NCBI GenBank assembly: GCA_028534125.1
Contig: CM052817.1
Coordinates: 73,224,001-73,288,000, forward strand
Length of the DNA: 64,000 bases
Direction: 5' to 3'
From: Lama glama
Taxonomy: Eukaryota
Numbering within the stretch: the stretch's first letter is position 1; each line of letters begins with the position of its first letter. Shown piece by piece: positions 13,430 to 25,465 of this stretch. The notes below the pieces were generated by a model. That model saw only the letters and a list, made by a program, of their open reading frames with translations. It was not told the DNA's origin and ran no database searches. Made by a program: the position numbers and the translations under genes.

Positions 13430-14132
13430 GTTTGTATTACATATTATATTTACCCTATATTAAATATAATCTTATATTACAATACTTGATATTACATTTG
13501 TAGTAGTTTGGTTTGGTGCTTGAAAAACTTTGGGGAATGTAGTTAATGTATTAAAAAAGCATTCAGGTTTTTGTCTGGTCTGGCTTTTTTTCTGTATAAT
13601 TAAATGTAAACCTAACAAGGTTTAATTAAATTCAGTTTACAGCTGTTGGGGCAAAAATGCAAATAAACAAATTAGAGGGAAGGAAATATGGTGTATGCTT
13701 TGTGTTTTGGGACAGATGGGATTGAATCTCTGTTTTCTGAAATGTTCTTTCATTATTATTGTATTTATCACTAAATCAAAGATAGATACCAGATATTAAT
13801 GTACACACAAGCCAATTACTTCTAGTTTTTATTTATATTTATTTTTACTATTTTTCATGTTTCATTATTAATCAACTCTAAATTTAGCATATTCCAAATG
13901 AGTTTCCCAGCAATAGATAACACATCACCTTGATTTTTGTTCCGTAATTTATATTATCATCAGGTTATTTACCTGTCGTTTTAGAAAGTAGCCAAATCTC
14001 TGTGAGTCATAAAGAAAGACAATGAAATTATCCACTATTTGTTAAATTACAGTGGCTACTGTGGGCACATTGAGAGGCTCGGGTTCTTTATGATCTCTGC
14101 ACTGCATGATCCTTGTCTTCTTTCCTTCATAG

Positions 14133-14394
14133 CTTTGTCATTTACTCAGTGCCACGGACTTTGACCATCCTAACATGAAAGCTGTGCAAGTGTCCACAGT
14201 AGATGCTTTTCAGGGAGCTGAAAAGGAGATTGTTATTCTGTCCTGCGTAAGGACAAGACAAGTAGGGTTTATTGACTCAGAAAAAAGAATGAATGTTGCA
14301 TTGACCAGAGGAAGAAGGCATTTGTTGATTGTGGGAAATCTAGCCTGTTTGAGGAAAAATCGACTATGGGGCCTTGTGATTCAACACTGTGAAG
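14133..14394 (+). CDS. ZGRF1: ZGRF1 exon ~27, motifs V and VI (STVDAFQGAEK; RMNVALTRGR)
   Basis: Overlaps ORF 14175..14429; AG at 14131-14132, AAG|GTAAAA donor. Confidence 0.96.
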
Positions 14395-14569
14395 GTAAAA
14401 TAAAAATGTGTTTAATTCAGGCATTTTGAATTCAAACTGACTTTTGGGTTAGTGCTTGGGGTGGTTCAGGAAGAAACAGCTCTGAATTTGCCACTGTGGG
14501 AGGTGACTGCAATGCTGACATGGAGCCCACTGTAGAACATAGTTGTCTCATGTTTCCTGTCTTTCTAAG

Positions 14570-14682
14570 GGAGGGAAGACGGATTGCAGCATGCAAGCCA
14601 GTATGAACCACAGCTGAACCGTCTGCTTAAAGATTATTTTGAAAAACAAGCAGAAGGAAAACAGAGGAAAAAGAAAGAGTGA
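14570..14682 (+). CDS. ZGRF1: ZGRF1 last coding exon (REDGLQHASQYEPQLNRLLKDYFEKQAEGKQRKKKE*)
   Basis: AG at 14568-14569; TGA at 14680-14682. Confidence 0.9.
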
Positions 14683-14792
14683 AAAAGATAAATCTCATTC
14701 ACAAAAAGACGTGGTATAGTTTGTATTTATATAAATTCACATTCATTTTACACTATACATTTTCATATTTTTATTACCTGAAAACCCTTATT

Positions 14793-14905
14793 ATTAAAAA
14801 AGTACAATATTTAAATAAAATTATACACATATAAAAATTTTTCTCTTCAAAAACTTAAAATTATGTATATTAAGATGTTGATAATGTAAAAATCTTACTA
14901 ATAAA
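14793..14905 (+). terminator. Candidate ZGRF1 polyadenylation signals
   Basis: ATTAAA 14793-14798, AATAAA 14814-14819 and 14900-14905, in an AT-rich stretch just downstream of the stop codon. Confidence 0.55.
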
Positions 14906-16463
14906 TGTTTTCTAAAAAATTATGACTTCTGTTTGCTAAAGAAATGAATTTAAAAGGAGCAGGGGAAAGCCTTTAAGGGGAATACCAATGTTACTTCAAA
15001 AATAAGTGATTATCTCAAAAGCCCATCTATTAGAACGCGTCTACACAGTTATACCAACACACTCCTTTCTAAACTATAGCTCTGTCAGAACCTCTTAAAA
15101 AAAAATATAATGCCCTGTCATAAGTAAAAACATTCACAATAAAGCCTTTAAGAAGTACAAAAGAAAGACGAGAAATGAACTAAAAATTCATTCCTGGAGA
15201 TAGTCGTACTCAACATGGGGCCATGGCCAGTACCCAGACCAGACCTGATCTAGCAGGTACTGAATAAATGTTTGTTGGATGAATGGATGGATGGATGATG
15301 GACTACCTCATTTCCTTATCTTTTTCCTGTGCATTTATTTGCACAGTAGCTATTGGTATATATAGTATACAATAGATTTTAAAATATAAAAAAGAATACG
15401 TTCTCCTTATAGTAAATTTGCAAAATATAGAAGAGTATACAATAGAGAATAAAAAGCACATGAGATTCACTACCCAGAGATAATCTTTGCTAACATATTG
15501 CTTCAGTCTTTTTCCTATGCTTATATTCTATACCTATATATGTAAATTATAAATTAGTTAAACCATTTGTTGTGTGATTTTTAGACATTATTAACAAAGG
15601 AACATTTACTCATTCTACATAGGGAAATGACAAGGACTTGATTATAACTACTATCAATGAATTTATGTTTTTATCAATTTAAAAAAAATCTGTGACCCAA
15701 GTTAATACTCATTTGAAAGATGCAGAAAATGGCTTACTTGAATTACTGTAAAAAATGACCAGTCTACCTTTATGAAACTCTGCTTTTGTTTGGGAGAAAA
15801 ATAAATCTAACAAACAGACAAAACTTGTAATTCTCTGAGCCTTGTCCAAAATGTGTTCATGATTGCAACAGCAGGTGCTCTTTTAAGCATTCATCTAAAC
15901 TGTGACGAGGGAGATGTGACTCCCAACAGTCCTCACACTGAGTGAGATACAGCTGAAGACAGCACTAGAGAGCCATGCTTTACCCCTGAGCTGTACAATC
16001 TGACAACACATATTTCAACTGGACTCATCACTGCTGCTGCCCAAATTTCCCCCATTTTTTATTTCTTGAATCAATATGCTCTTGGCCAGCTGGAGCGAGG
16101 TCTCAAGTAACTCCTTCCAAAAAGAGTGTATAGGTGATACATCTTTTTGAGGCTTTGCAGCTCTAAGGATATATTTGTTACATATGAGAGCTATCTAAAC
16201 TCGATGGGAATTGCCCTCAGCTTCACTTCCTGTTCGTTTGGATGACAGCTGAATTTCCATCTCAGATCTACATCTGGATGGCAGACTGATTTTGCTCCTG
16301 GTCTGACTCCTACTGGTTTTCATCTAAAACCGCTCTAATACAGTCTTCTGCACCAGTGCTCACACTATCATTAGTTCCTCCATCCCCTCTGCCTCTCATT
16401 TTCTCAGTTTTTAAGGAATTCTGATTTCTGCAATGATGTAGGAAGAGGTCTAGATGGCATCGA

Positions 16464-16648
16464 GCAGGATTTCTCGACTTCAGCATTCTTGACATTTTGG
16501 GCCAGATAATTCTTTGTTGTAGGGGGCTGTTCTGTGCCTGATAGGATGTTTGGCAGTCTCCCTGGCCTCTGCCCACTAGAAGCCAGTTGCCCCTTCCCCT
16601 CAAGCTGTGACAGCTACAGCTGTCTCCAGTCATTGCTAAATATTCCAC
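16464..16648 (-). mobile_element. MER20-like hAT-Charlie DNA transposon relic
   Basis: TTGACATTTTGGGCCAGATAATTCTTTGTTGTAGGGGGCTG...CCCTGGCCTCTGCCCACTAGA...TGTCTCCAG. Confidence 0.8.
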
Positions 16649-16940
16649 TGTAGAGAGTGAGCCCAGCCTCCATCCTAGCTATCACTGAAAAAGGCACTTC
16701 AGAAATATGGCTGCTCCATTTCCTAGTCAGTATAGATCTTGTATTTTTGATCCAGAAAACAGATCATAAAGGAAAGCAAAGGGTCTTTTTATTTTCAGGT
16801 GGGCATGCCTGCGCGTTTCTAATGGCATTACAGACGTAGTCCACCAAACATGCTTTCAGTCCAGTTCTGTCATCCCTGCAGCTCATGACTCTTCCAACTT
16901 CTGATAACAGGTCAGCTGTAAGTGTCAAATACTTACCTTG

Positions 16941-19269
16941 AGGGAAGGGCCAAGACGGCAGAGTAGAAAGACCCTGAGCTCACTTACTCTCATGAGCACA
17001 CTAAAATCACCACTATCTGCCAAACAACTATCAATGAGAAAGACTGGAACGTACCAGAAGAGGTCTTCCACCATGAAAGACATAAAAAAGCAGCCACAAG
17101 ACAGGGAGGAGGGGCAGACTTGGATATAATCAAACTCAACACCCTCCTGGGTGGGCGACCCACAGACTGGAGAATAATTATATAATTATATGGGAGAACC
17201 TGCAGAGGACCCCCCACGTGAGAGAGAGTTCTGAGCTTCCCAGCCCCAGGGTCCAGCAGTGGTAAGACAAGCTCCTAGAGCATTTGGCTTTGAAGACCAG
17301 CAGGGCTAAACTGCGAGAGTTCCACAGGACTGGGGGGAATAGAGAACTCACTTTTTGTTGTTGTTTTAGCCCTTCCAACCACAAGACTTCATGGTTCTAT
17401 AGTCATAAACTCTACACCTATCTATTTTTGTTGTTGAGAACTCACTCTTAAAGGGCACAAAGTTTCATGCACATCAGGACCTGGGGCAAAGCAGTAATTT
17501 GATAGGAGCTGGGCCAGACCCACCTGCTGGTCTTGGAGAGTCTCCTGGAGAGGCAGGGCGGGGGGAGGGGGGCTTCAGCTCATCCTGGGACACAGGCACT
17601 GGTGGCAGATGGACTGGCGGAACATTTAGCCATGAACACTGCTGAAGCTGGTGGCTGACAGCTCATGAGCACAAACAAAGCACCACCCAACAGCCTGCAA
17701 ACACAAGTGCTGGGACAGCTCAGTCCAAACAACCAACTGGGTGGGGACACAGACCCACCCATCAGCAGACAGGCTGCCTAAAGACTTACGAGCCCACAGC
17801 CACCTCTGAACTTGCCCCTAGACACGGCCCAACCCACCTGAGGGCCAAGACCCAGCTCCACCCACCAGTGGGCAGGCACCGGCCCCTCCCACCAGGAAGC
17901 CTACACAAGCCTCTAGATAAGCCTCATCTACCAGGGTGCAGACACCAGAAGCAAGAAAAGCAGGATCCCACAATACAGGTCAGATCCTACTCCAGGACCA
18001 GCCAGGTCCTGACCCTGCCCATTAGCAGGCCAATGCAACCTCTGGGACACCCCAGACCCCAATCCAACTGTCAGGAACCAACCCCTCCTCCCCGGCCCCA
18101 TCCCCACCAATAATCTGAAACAAGCTCTAGGATTCCTGGTCCCTGCAGCCAGACTCCAGGAATCAGCTCTGTCTGCCGTTAGCTGGGCATTAATCCCAGG
18201 ATCTGGCTTCACCTGCCAATGGGTGGGCAACAGCCCCAGAGTCTTCAGGACCCTGACTCTGCCCACCAGTGAGCCAGCACTAGCCCTGGGATCCCCAAGG
18301 ATTCAGCAACCAACCACCTTGTAACCAGGCACCACTAAACAATAACCAGCAGCATCTGCAAGGCAGACCACCCACAGATCAACAAGACTAGGGGCCAATC
18401 AAGCCAACCAGACCACCCACACAGTCAGCCCACCTCAACAGAAGGACCCAAGCAGGCCCACTAAGGGGAACGCCTAGAGCATACAGCTTGGGTGATGAGG
18501 GAGGGGTACATAGCTGGGATGTATAGGGTGACTCCTACAGAGTACCACTTCTTCAAGCCCAAGAAACAACTAATCTACCACGTACAAAGAAATACAAATA
18601 GTAACTTAGACAAAATGAGGTGGCAGAGGAATATGTTCCAGACAAAGGAGCAAGACAAAACCCAAGAATAAGAACTAAGTTAAGTGGAGACAGGCAATCT
18701 ACCCAAGAAAGAGTTCAGAGTAATGATTAATAAAGATGATCAAAGAACATGAGAGGTGAATGGATGCACAGAGCAAGAAGTTAAAATTTTCAACAGAGTT
18801 AGAAAATATAAAGAACTACCAAACAGAGATGAAGAATACAGTAACTAAAATGAAAAATACACTAGAAGGAATCAATAGCAGACTAAATGATTCAGAAGAA
18901 CATATCACTGAGCTGGAAGACAGAGCGGTGGAAATCACAGCCATTGAACAGAAAAAAGGGAAAAAAGGAATGAAAAGAAATGAAGACGATTTAAGAGACC
19001 TCTGGGACAATATCAAGTGCACTAATATTCACATTATATGGGTCCTAAAAGCAGAAGAGAGAGCGAAAGGGCCTGAGAAAATATTTGAAGAGATAACAGC
19101 TGAAAACCTAACAGAGGAAAGGAAATAGTCCCCCAAGTCCAGGGAAGCACAGACAGTCCCATACAGTATTAATCCAAAGGAACATACCAAGACACAATGC
19201 AATCAAATGACAAAAATTAAAGATAAAGAGAATACTAAAAGCAGCAAGGGAAAAGCAACAAATAACATA
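16941..19269 (+). mobile_element. LINE-1 5' portion: long GC-rich 5' UTR plus degraded ORF1 (from about 18616), truncated by the gap
   Basis: Begins CAAGACGGCAGAGTAGAAAGACCCTGAGCTCAC; ORF 18760..19128 is L1 ORF1p-like (MKNTLEGINSRL...LRDLWDNIKCTNIHII...PEKIFEEI). Confidence 0.9.
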
Positions 19270-19769
19270 NNNNNNNNNNNNNNNNNNNNNNNNNNNNNNN
19301 NNNNNNNNNNNNNNNNNNNNNNNNNNNNNNNNNNNNNNNNNNNNNNNNNNNNNNNNNNNNNNNNNNNNNNNNNNNNNNNNNNNNNNNNNNNNNNNNNNNN
19401 NNNNNNNNNNNNNNNNNNNNNNNNNNNNNNNNNNNNNNNNNNNNNNNNNNNNNNNNNNNNNNNNNNNNNNNNNNNNNNNNNNNNNNNNNNNNNNNNNNNN
19501 NNNNNNNNNNNNNNNNNNNNNNNNNNNNNNNNNNNNNNNNNNNNNNNNNNNNNNNNNNNNNNNNNNNNNNNNNNNNNNNNNNNNNNNNNNNNNNNNNNNN
19601 NNNNNNNNNNNNNNNNNNNNNNNNNNNNNNNNNNNNNNNNNNNNNNNNNNNNNNNNNNNNNNNNNNNNNNNNNNNNNNNNNNNNNNNNNNNNNNNNNNNN
19701 NNNNNNNNNNNNNNNNNNNNNNNNNNNNNNNNNNNNNNNNNNNNNNNNNNNNNNNNNNNNNNNNNNNNN
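19270..19769. other. Assembly gap (500 N)
   Basis: Run of exactly 500 N, a placeholder-size scaffold gap. Confidence 1.
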
Positions 19770-20160
19770 AGTAAGCCAGAAAGAGAAAGAAAAATACCAT
19801 ATGAGATTCCTCATATGTGGAATCTAAAAAACAAAAACAAAAACAAACAAACAAAAACAAAGCATAAATACAGGACAGAAATAGACTCATGGACAGAGAA
19901 TACAGACTTGTGGTTACCAGAGGGGTAGAGGATGGGAAGGGATAGACTGGGATTTCAAAATTGTAGAATAGATAAACAAGATTACACTGTATAGCACAGG
20001 GAAATATACACAAAATGTTATGATAAATCACAGAGGAAAAAAATGTGACACTGAGTGTGTATATGTCCATGAATGACTGAAAAATTGTGCTCTACACTGG
20101 AATTTGACACAACATTGTAAAATGATTATAAATCAATAAAAAATGTTAAAAAAATAAAAG
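19770..20160 (+). mobile_element. LINE-1 3' end (ORF2 tail, 3' UTR, A-rich tail), young camelid-type
   Basis: GTAAGCCAGAAAGAGAAAGAAAAATACCATATG...TGTGGAATCTAAAA...TTGTGCTCTACACTGGAATTTGACACAACATTGTAAA...AATAAAAAA. Confidence 0.88.
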
Positions 20161-20194
20161 AAAAATTCAGAACCATTAAAAAAAAGTTAAAAAA

Positions 20195-20830
20195 TAAAAC
20201 TTTAAAACCATTAATAGAAAATATAGGTAAATAATTTTAGATCTTCAGCATTAGGAAAGATTTTTAAAATAAGACACAGAAAGCACTGCCAAAAAGAAAA
20301 GACTATATCTAAAAACACCTTGAAGTAAGTGAAAAGACATGATACATACTGGCAGCCAGACAGCCACAATATACATGATCAAGAAAAGATTAACAGGGAA
20401 AACATTTAATAACTGTAAATAAGATTATACACAACACAGCAGAAAAATGGAATGGTAAGAAGAAAATATGTAATAAACACATGAAGAGCTGTTCAGTGTC
20501 ACTGGCAAGCAGAGAAATGCAAACTAAAACCACAACAAGATCATTTAGACCATTTGAGTACACTGAGCCACTAGACGGTAGAAGTGTAAATTGATTACTT
20601 TAGAAATCCGTTTGGCACTACAGCTTAAAGATGCGGGGGGCATTTTCATTCCTAGGATTATAACCAAAAGAAACTCTTGCACATCTACAAGATAGTACAA
20701 GAATATTCACTGAGAAAAAATGAAAAAGGTAAGTTCTAAAAGATTACATACAGAACTGTATCATTGGAATGAAACTAAAAAAACTTAAAACTTAAAATAT
20801 GCTTTTTGGTAATTCATTTACATAAATCTG
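20195..20830 (+). mobile_element. Ancient L1M (L1MC/ME-like) relic
   Basis: Degraded L1 ORF2/3' motifs (AGAGAAATGCAAACTAAAACCACA; TTTCATTCCTAGGAT). Confidence 0.6.
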
Positions 20831-21508
20831 TGTACAAAGGAAAGCAAGATGTTGATGAACATAGGGATCAAAAATGGTAAATACCTTAGGTCAGGAGAGA
20901 CAATCAGATGAGTTAATGGGGTTACTTTATACTAAATGCAGGTAGTTATAAGGTACTACATTTTGGTTTGCTTTGTGGACTCACAGATATATTTATATCA
21001 TTTAAAATAACTAATTAAATAACTAAAGCAAACTAGGTGAAGACCAGCAAGAGTAGGTCATGAAACCAAAGATAATGATTAACCCAATCTAGTGTACCTA
21101 AGGTACTTAGAAAAAAATTTTTAAGGATTTTATGTCCAAATATACAAAATTTAGGGTCCAGTGTTGTCCTACTGTGCAGCAATGACAGAAGTATAAATAA
21201 ACTCATTATATTTTGTTTATTTTTGATAGTAGGTTCAGGGTACAGACTATTCAATATACTTAATGATGCCAAGAACTTAGTGTGACTTTTTAAACAAAAT
21301 TAAACAGTTTTTAGTAGTTTATAATAAAAGGTTTTTTAAAAACTAAAATTTAAAGTATGCTTTTTAGAAATGGTCTAATTTATTATATAATAATTCACAA
21401 TATATACTATTAAACTGGACTTTTAAAAATCTCTTTAATATAAATGACTCACAGAGTTGTATGTAATGAGATACAAAGTTGGACACCAACACGATCAGCT
21501 CAACTTAC

Positions 21509-21648
21509 CTTTGCTATAAGTTGAAGAACTTTCTTTCCGACTCAGCTTAAGATAAAGTTTGCTTTTAGGTTCATTATAAAATTCAGGATTTATAGTAGTA
21601 AACTTCTTTAGTTTACCATACTGTTTTCTTTGAAAATCAAATCCTTTT
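21509..21648 (-). CDS. ZGRF1: ZGRF1 exon ~16 (KGFDFQRKQYGKLKKFTTINPEFYNEPKSKLYLKLSRKESSSTYSK), last - strand exon before the gap
   Basis: Minus-strand TTTTCAG acceptor and AAG|GTAAGT donor; 140 nt, phase matches exon 15. Confidence 0.93.
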
Positions 21649-21699
21649 CTGAAAAATGAGTAAAAACACAAAACTGAATTTGAATATTAAGGTACAAAT

Positions 21700-22035
21700 T
21701 TTTACCTCATACCTGTCAGAATGGCTCTTGTCAAAGAGAAGACAAATAACAAATGTTGGCAAGGATATAGAGAAAAGGGAACCCTCGTACACTGTTGGTG
21801 GGAATGTAAATTGGTACAACTACTATGGAAAACAGTATGTAGCTTTCTCAAAACACTAAAAATAGAACTACCACATAATCCAGCAATTCCACTCCCGGGT
21901 ATATATCTGAAAAAACAAAAACACTAATTCAAAATGATACATGCACCCCAAAGTACCTAGCAGCATTATTATAATTGCCAAGATAAGGAAGCAACCTAAG
22001 TATCCAGTAACAGATGAATGGATAAAGAAGATGTG

Positions 22036-22087
<52 letters not shown>

Positions 22088-22440
22088 TACTACTCAGCCA
22101 TTAAAAAGAATGGAATTTTGCCATTTGTAGCAACACGGACAAACTTGGAGAGTATTATGCTAAGTGAAGTAAATTAGACAGAGAAAGACAAATACTGTCT
22201 GATATTATTTATATGTGGAATTTTAAAAATACAACAAACTAGTGAATGAATATAAAAGAAGCAGACATACAGAGAGCAAATTAGTGGTTACCAGTGGGGA
22301 GAAGGAAGAGGGGAGAGGCAAGATAGGGATAGATGTACAAACTATTATGTATAAAATAAGCTACAAGTATATATTGTGCAACATGGGGAATATAGGTAAT
22401 ATTTTATAATAACTATACATGAAATATAACCTTTAAAAAT
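21700..22440 (+). mobile_element. L1 3' fragment containing a (CA)n microsatellite (about 22038-22083)
   Basis: AGAGAAAAGGGAACCCTCGTACACTGTTGGTGGGAATGTAAATTGGTACAAC...GGAATACTACTCAGCCATTAAAAAGAATG. Confidence 0.9.
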
Positions 22441-22444
22441 ACAC

Positions 22445-22840
22445 ATTTTTTAAATTGAGATATAATTGACATATAACATTATATTAGTTTCAGGTGTACA
22501 ACATAATGATTTGATATATGTGTATCCTGTGAAATGATCACTATAAGAAGTCTAGTTAACATCCATCACCACACAGTTACATTTTTCTCTCATGAAGGAA
22601 ATGGGTGAACTGCTTTATTTTTAGTTTAAATAAATTGAATTGAGTTTTTTTTAAAAGCACTGAAGAAGTCACTGCATGTATAAAAAATTTTTTTAATAAA
22701 TTTTTTTCTTGTAATGAGAACTCTTAAGATCTACTCCCTTAGCAACTTTCAAATATACAGTAAAGTAATATGAACTATAGTTACCACGCTGTATATTACA
22801 TCCACAGGACTTAATTTACTTTACAACTGGAAATTTGAAG
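22445..22840 (-). mobile_element. L1 3' end fragment, reverse orientation
   Basis: TTTTTAAATTGAGATATAATTGACATATAACATTATATTAGTTTCAGGTGTACAACATAATGAT...CTTAAGATCTACTCCCTTAGCAACTTTCAAAT. Confidence 0.8.
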
Positions 22841-23749
22841 GTACAATTTTTAAAAAATCTTTAAAATACAGTACTATTATACATATAGTGCATATGTTTA
22901 TATATTTTCATTCATATATACAAAATAAAAATACACTGTGTCAAAGGAAGAAAATAGCAAGTCTCATAGAAACAAGATCAGTTTTAAGAGACTGAAATAG
23001 GAGAAGTTTCTAAAAGAGTACTTCAGTTTCTGTAACTGTAAAATAGAAATAATAAAATATCCAGATTAGTTCTGTATCTTACAGATTATTATGACAATTA
23101 AATGAAACAATACATGCAAAAGTGCTTAAAAGAGTGCCTGGCATATATAAACTCTCAGTAACTGTTGTTATTATTAAGTTACCATACAAATGCTCACTAT
23201 ATTTACATTTTGGGTAATTCAATTTTTATAAGACATGTTTTCAAAAAGTAGCATTCTGTTATCCTATAAGCTATGTAATTCAGGCTTGTAAATGACCACT
23301 ACCTATTATCCTGCACTGATAAAAATTATTCTTATGATTTGTTTGATACAGTTTCCCTTAGGACGATGATTACATGTAAAAATTGTTAGAAAAACAGCAT
23401 TCCTGCCAGTAGTCCTGATATTGCTGATACTGCTCAATGTTTAGAGGGGGCCAAAAAGAGCTTTAGGGAATTATTCCCATTGTATGGTTATAAAAACTGA
23501 GGTATTTTATCTCTGAGATATTTTTCCTGTCTCAACCTCTTTAGTAATTTATGGTGAAGAATAAGAAAACAAGTATTTGTATGTTCATGTATGACTGAAG
23601 CATTATGTTGTACACCAGAAATTGACATAATATTGTAAACTGACTATACTTCAATAAAAATATGTATATACAAAAAAAACCCCCGATAATTCTGTGAGGT
23701 TTTACTATTTTCTAATATAGAGGCAATTATTTGGTATCATTAAACATAC

Positions 23750-23946
23750 CTCACCAAAAGCTGGCATTCCTCATAGAGGGGTATCTTCTGACTTCTTAAG
23801 TACAAGCCAATACTTTTTATATCACTTAAAACCATGCTAGGTAGAGATTCTTCCTGTGTTAAATATCCTGGGGTCACTTCTTCAAGCCACTTGAAAAATT
23901 TACACCGGTCAGCTTTGGGTCCATCACAGGTATAAAAAAGACGACC
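23750..23946 (-). CDS. ZGRF1: ZGRF1 exon ~15, GRF zinc finger C-terminal part (GRLFYTCDGPKADRCKFFKW)
   Basis: TTAG|GGT acceptor, GAG|GTATGT donor; GRxF motif plus two Cys. Confidence 0.95.
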
Positions 23947-25139
23947 CTAAGGGGAAAAAGATATTGAAATTTAGTAAGAAAAATAACATTTTAATTGTTT
24001 TACTGTTTTCATACTATGTTTGTCAAGATTTTTATAAAGGTTGCTTGGCATTAATGTACTCCAATAAATTAGTCACTATACCACTTAATCTTTTTATTAA
24101 TTTAAACAATAAATTAAAATTTCAAACCACCTACTTTTCCACTTATTTTCTCTTTATCAAAAATTACATTATTCTGAGAATATAAGCTTGTTTGAAAAAT
24201 ATTATTTTTCTGATTTAAAACTTTCACTACAGGAAACCTGAAAGCTGCCCTAAAACAACTACAGGGAACATCTTGTACATTTCTTTAGTCTTTTTTCTCA
24301 CTCACATAAGTGCATGTGTGCACACACACACAAGGATACACATGTGCGTACTGTCTAAGAAAAACTCAGATAACAATACATTTTCTACACTATAGCCTAA
24401 CCCTTATGCTCAACATCAGAAAAAAAGACTTCTAGTGGCTCAACAGTATTTTATTCTATGGTTATAATATTATTTATGAACTCTTGCTTTTGATAACTGA
24501 ATTTAAATCCAAATTTACATACTCAACTACTGATAAAGGGTGGTATGCAAACAGTGGAGAAAGATTGTATTACAATGAGTGAAAGCATACGAGTACAAAC
24601 CATAAGATGCAAACATTTTATTAACTTCCTCCATAATAATGTTATCAGCGATATCAACTAAGTCAGTACCTTTTCTATTCCTTTGGCCTTATTGGTAACA
24701 TTACTGGCACTAGGGATCACACAGACCGGTTACAAACTTTACTTTCTTCAAGCTCATGTCTGCATTCTCTAAGCCCTGGGGTTGGGACATACACCCTTCT
24801 CAGGGTTCTCAGTGTAATCTGGGCATATCCCTCCTACTTTACTAACTACAGTACTATATAAAACTTCCTTTTACGTATCTCTCTCTATCTCTTACTGCTA
24901 TACAGTAAGTTCCTATGCAATTTGAACGTTCATCTTAAGTCACATTTTTGATCCTCGAACACAGACCATCTTTCAGGAAAAATTTATTGAGAGTTTGCTA
25001 CATGTTAGTTACTAACGTCTCAAGGAGAAGGCTCTTAATCAAAATTTACTCCTTAAGCTTGTCATAAAGCAACAGGTACATAAACTTTTAATGAGATGAG
25101 TATTAGGTGGGGCAACAGGAGGGGAAGAGGGAACAATAC

Positions 25140-25324
25140 CTTATTTGGACCTTCCTTTCTAACCATGACAAGTTTTGCAGGGTGATGATGATGGCAGGAG
25201 GGCACTTTATTTTCTACATTTTTCTGCTTCTCTCCATTTGATGATGTATAAAATGATATGTCAACTTTTGAAAGGGCTTTGTGCAACCTTTGTGCCAACC
25301 CAAACAGCAATATATTTAGATGTT
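25140..25324 (-). CDS. ZGRF1: ZGRF1 exon ~14 (HLNILLFGLAQ...SCHHHHPAKLVMVRKEGPNK), GRF zinc finger N-terminal part
   Basis: Overlaps ORF 25062..25310; TTTGCAG acceptor, AAG|GTATTG donor. Confidence 0.95.
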
Positions 25325-25377
25325 CTGCAAAAAATTTTAAAAGATAATTTAAAAATATATAGATACAGATGAAAATT

Positions 25378-25465
25378 GAGGGGATGGATACAGCTTAGTG
25401 GTACAGTGCATGCTTAGCATGTACAAGGTTCTGGGTTCAATCCTCAGTAGCTCCATTAAAAAAAA
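25378..25465 (+). mobile_element. Vic-type SINE with TSD
   Basis: tRNA-like body; TSD AGATGAAAATT at 25367-25377 and 25466-25476. Confidence 0.88.

Noticed and set aside
953..14682. A separate, novel + strand SF1 helicase gene
   Set aside because: The first exon starts mid-codon with no start codon or promoter in the window, and the peptide matches the C-terminal half of ZGRF1, whose N-terminal half is on the other side of the gap
17554..17575. G-rich runs with G-quadruplex potential (also ~54545 and ~60080)
   Set aside because: Common in L1 5' UTRs and repeat flanks; nothing specific
19108..20070. Long ORFs of 203-320 aa spanning 19.1-20.1 kb
   Set aside because: Artefacts of translating through the 500-N gap; the flanks are L1 sequence
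24670..24780. Possible cryptic - strand exon in intron 14 (CCCCAG|GGC ... AAG|GTACTG)
   Set aside because: Weak acceptor, in-frame stop, no supporting pattern
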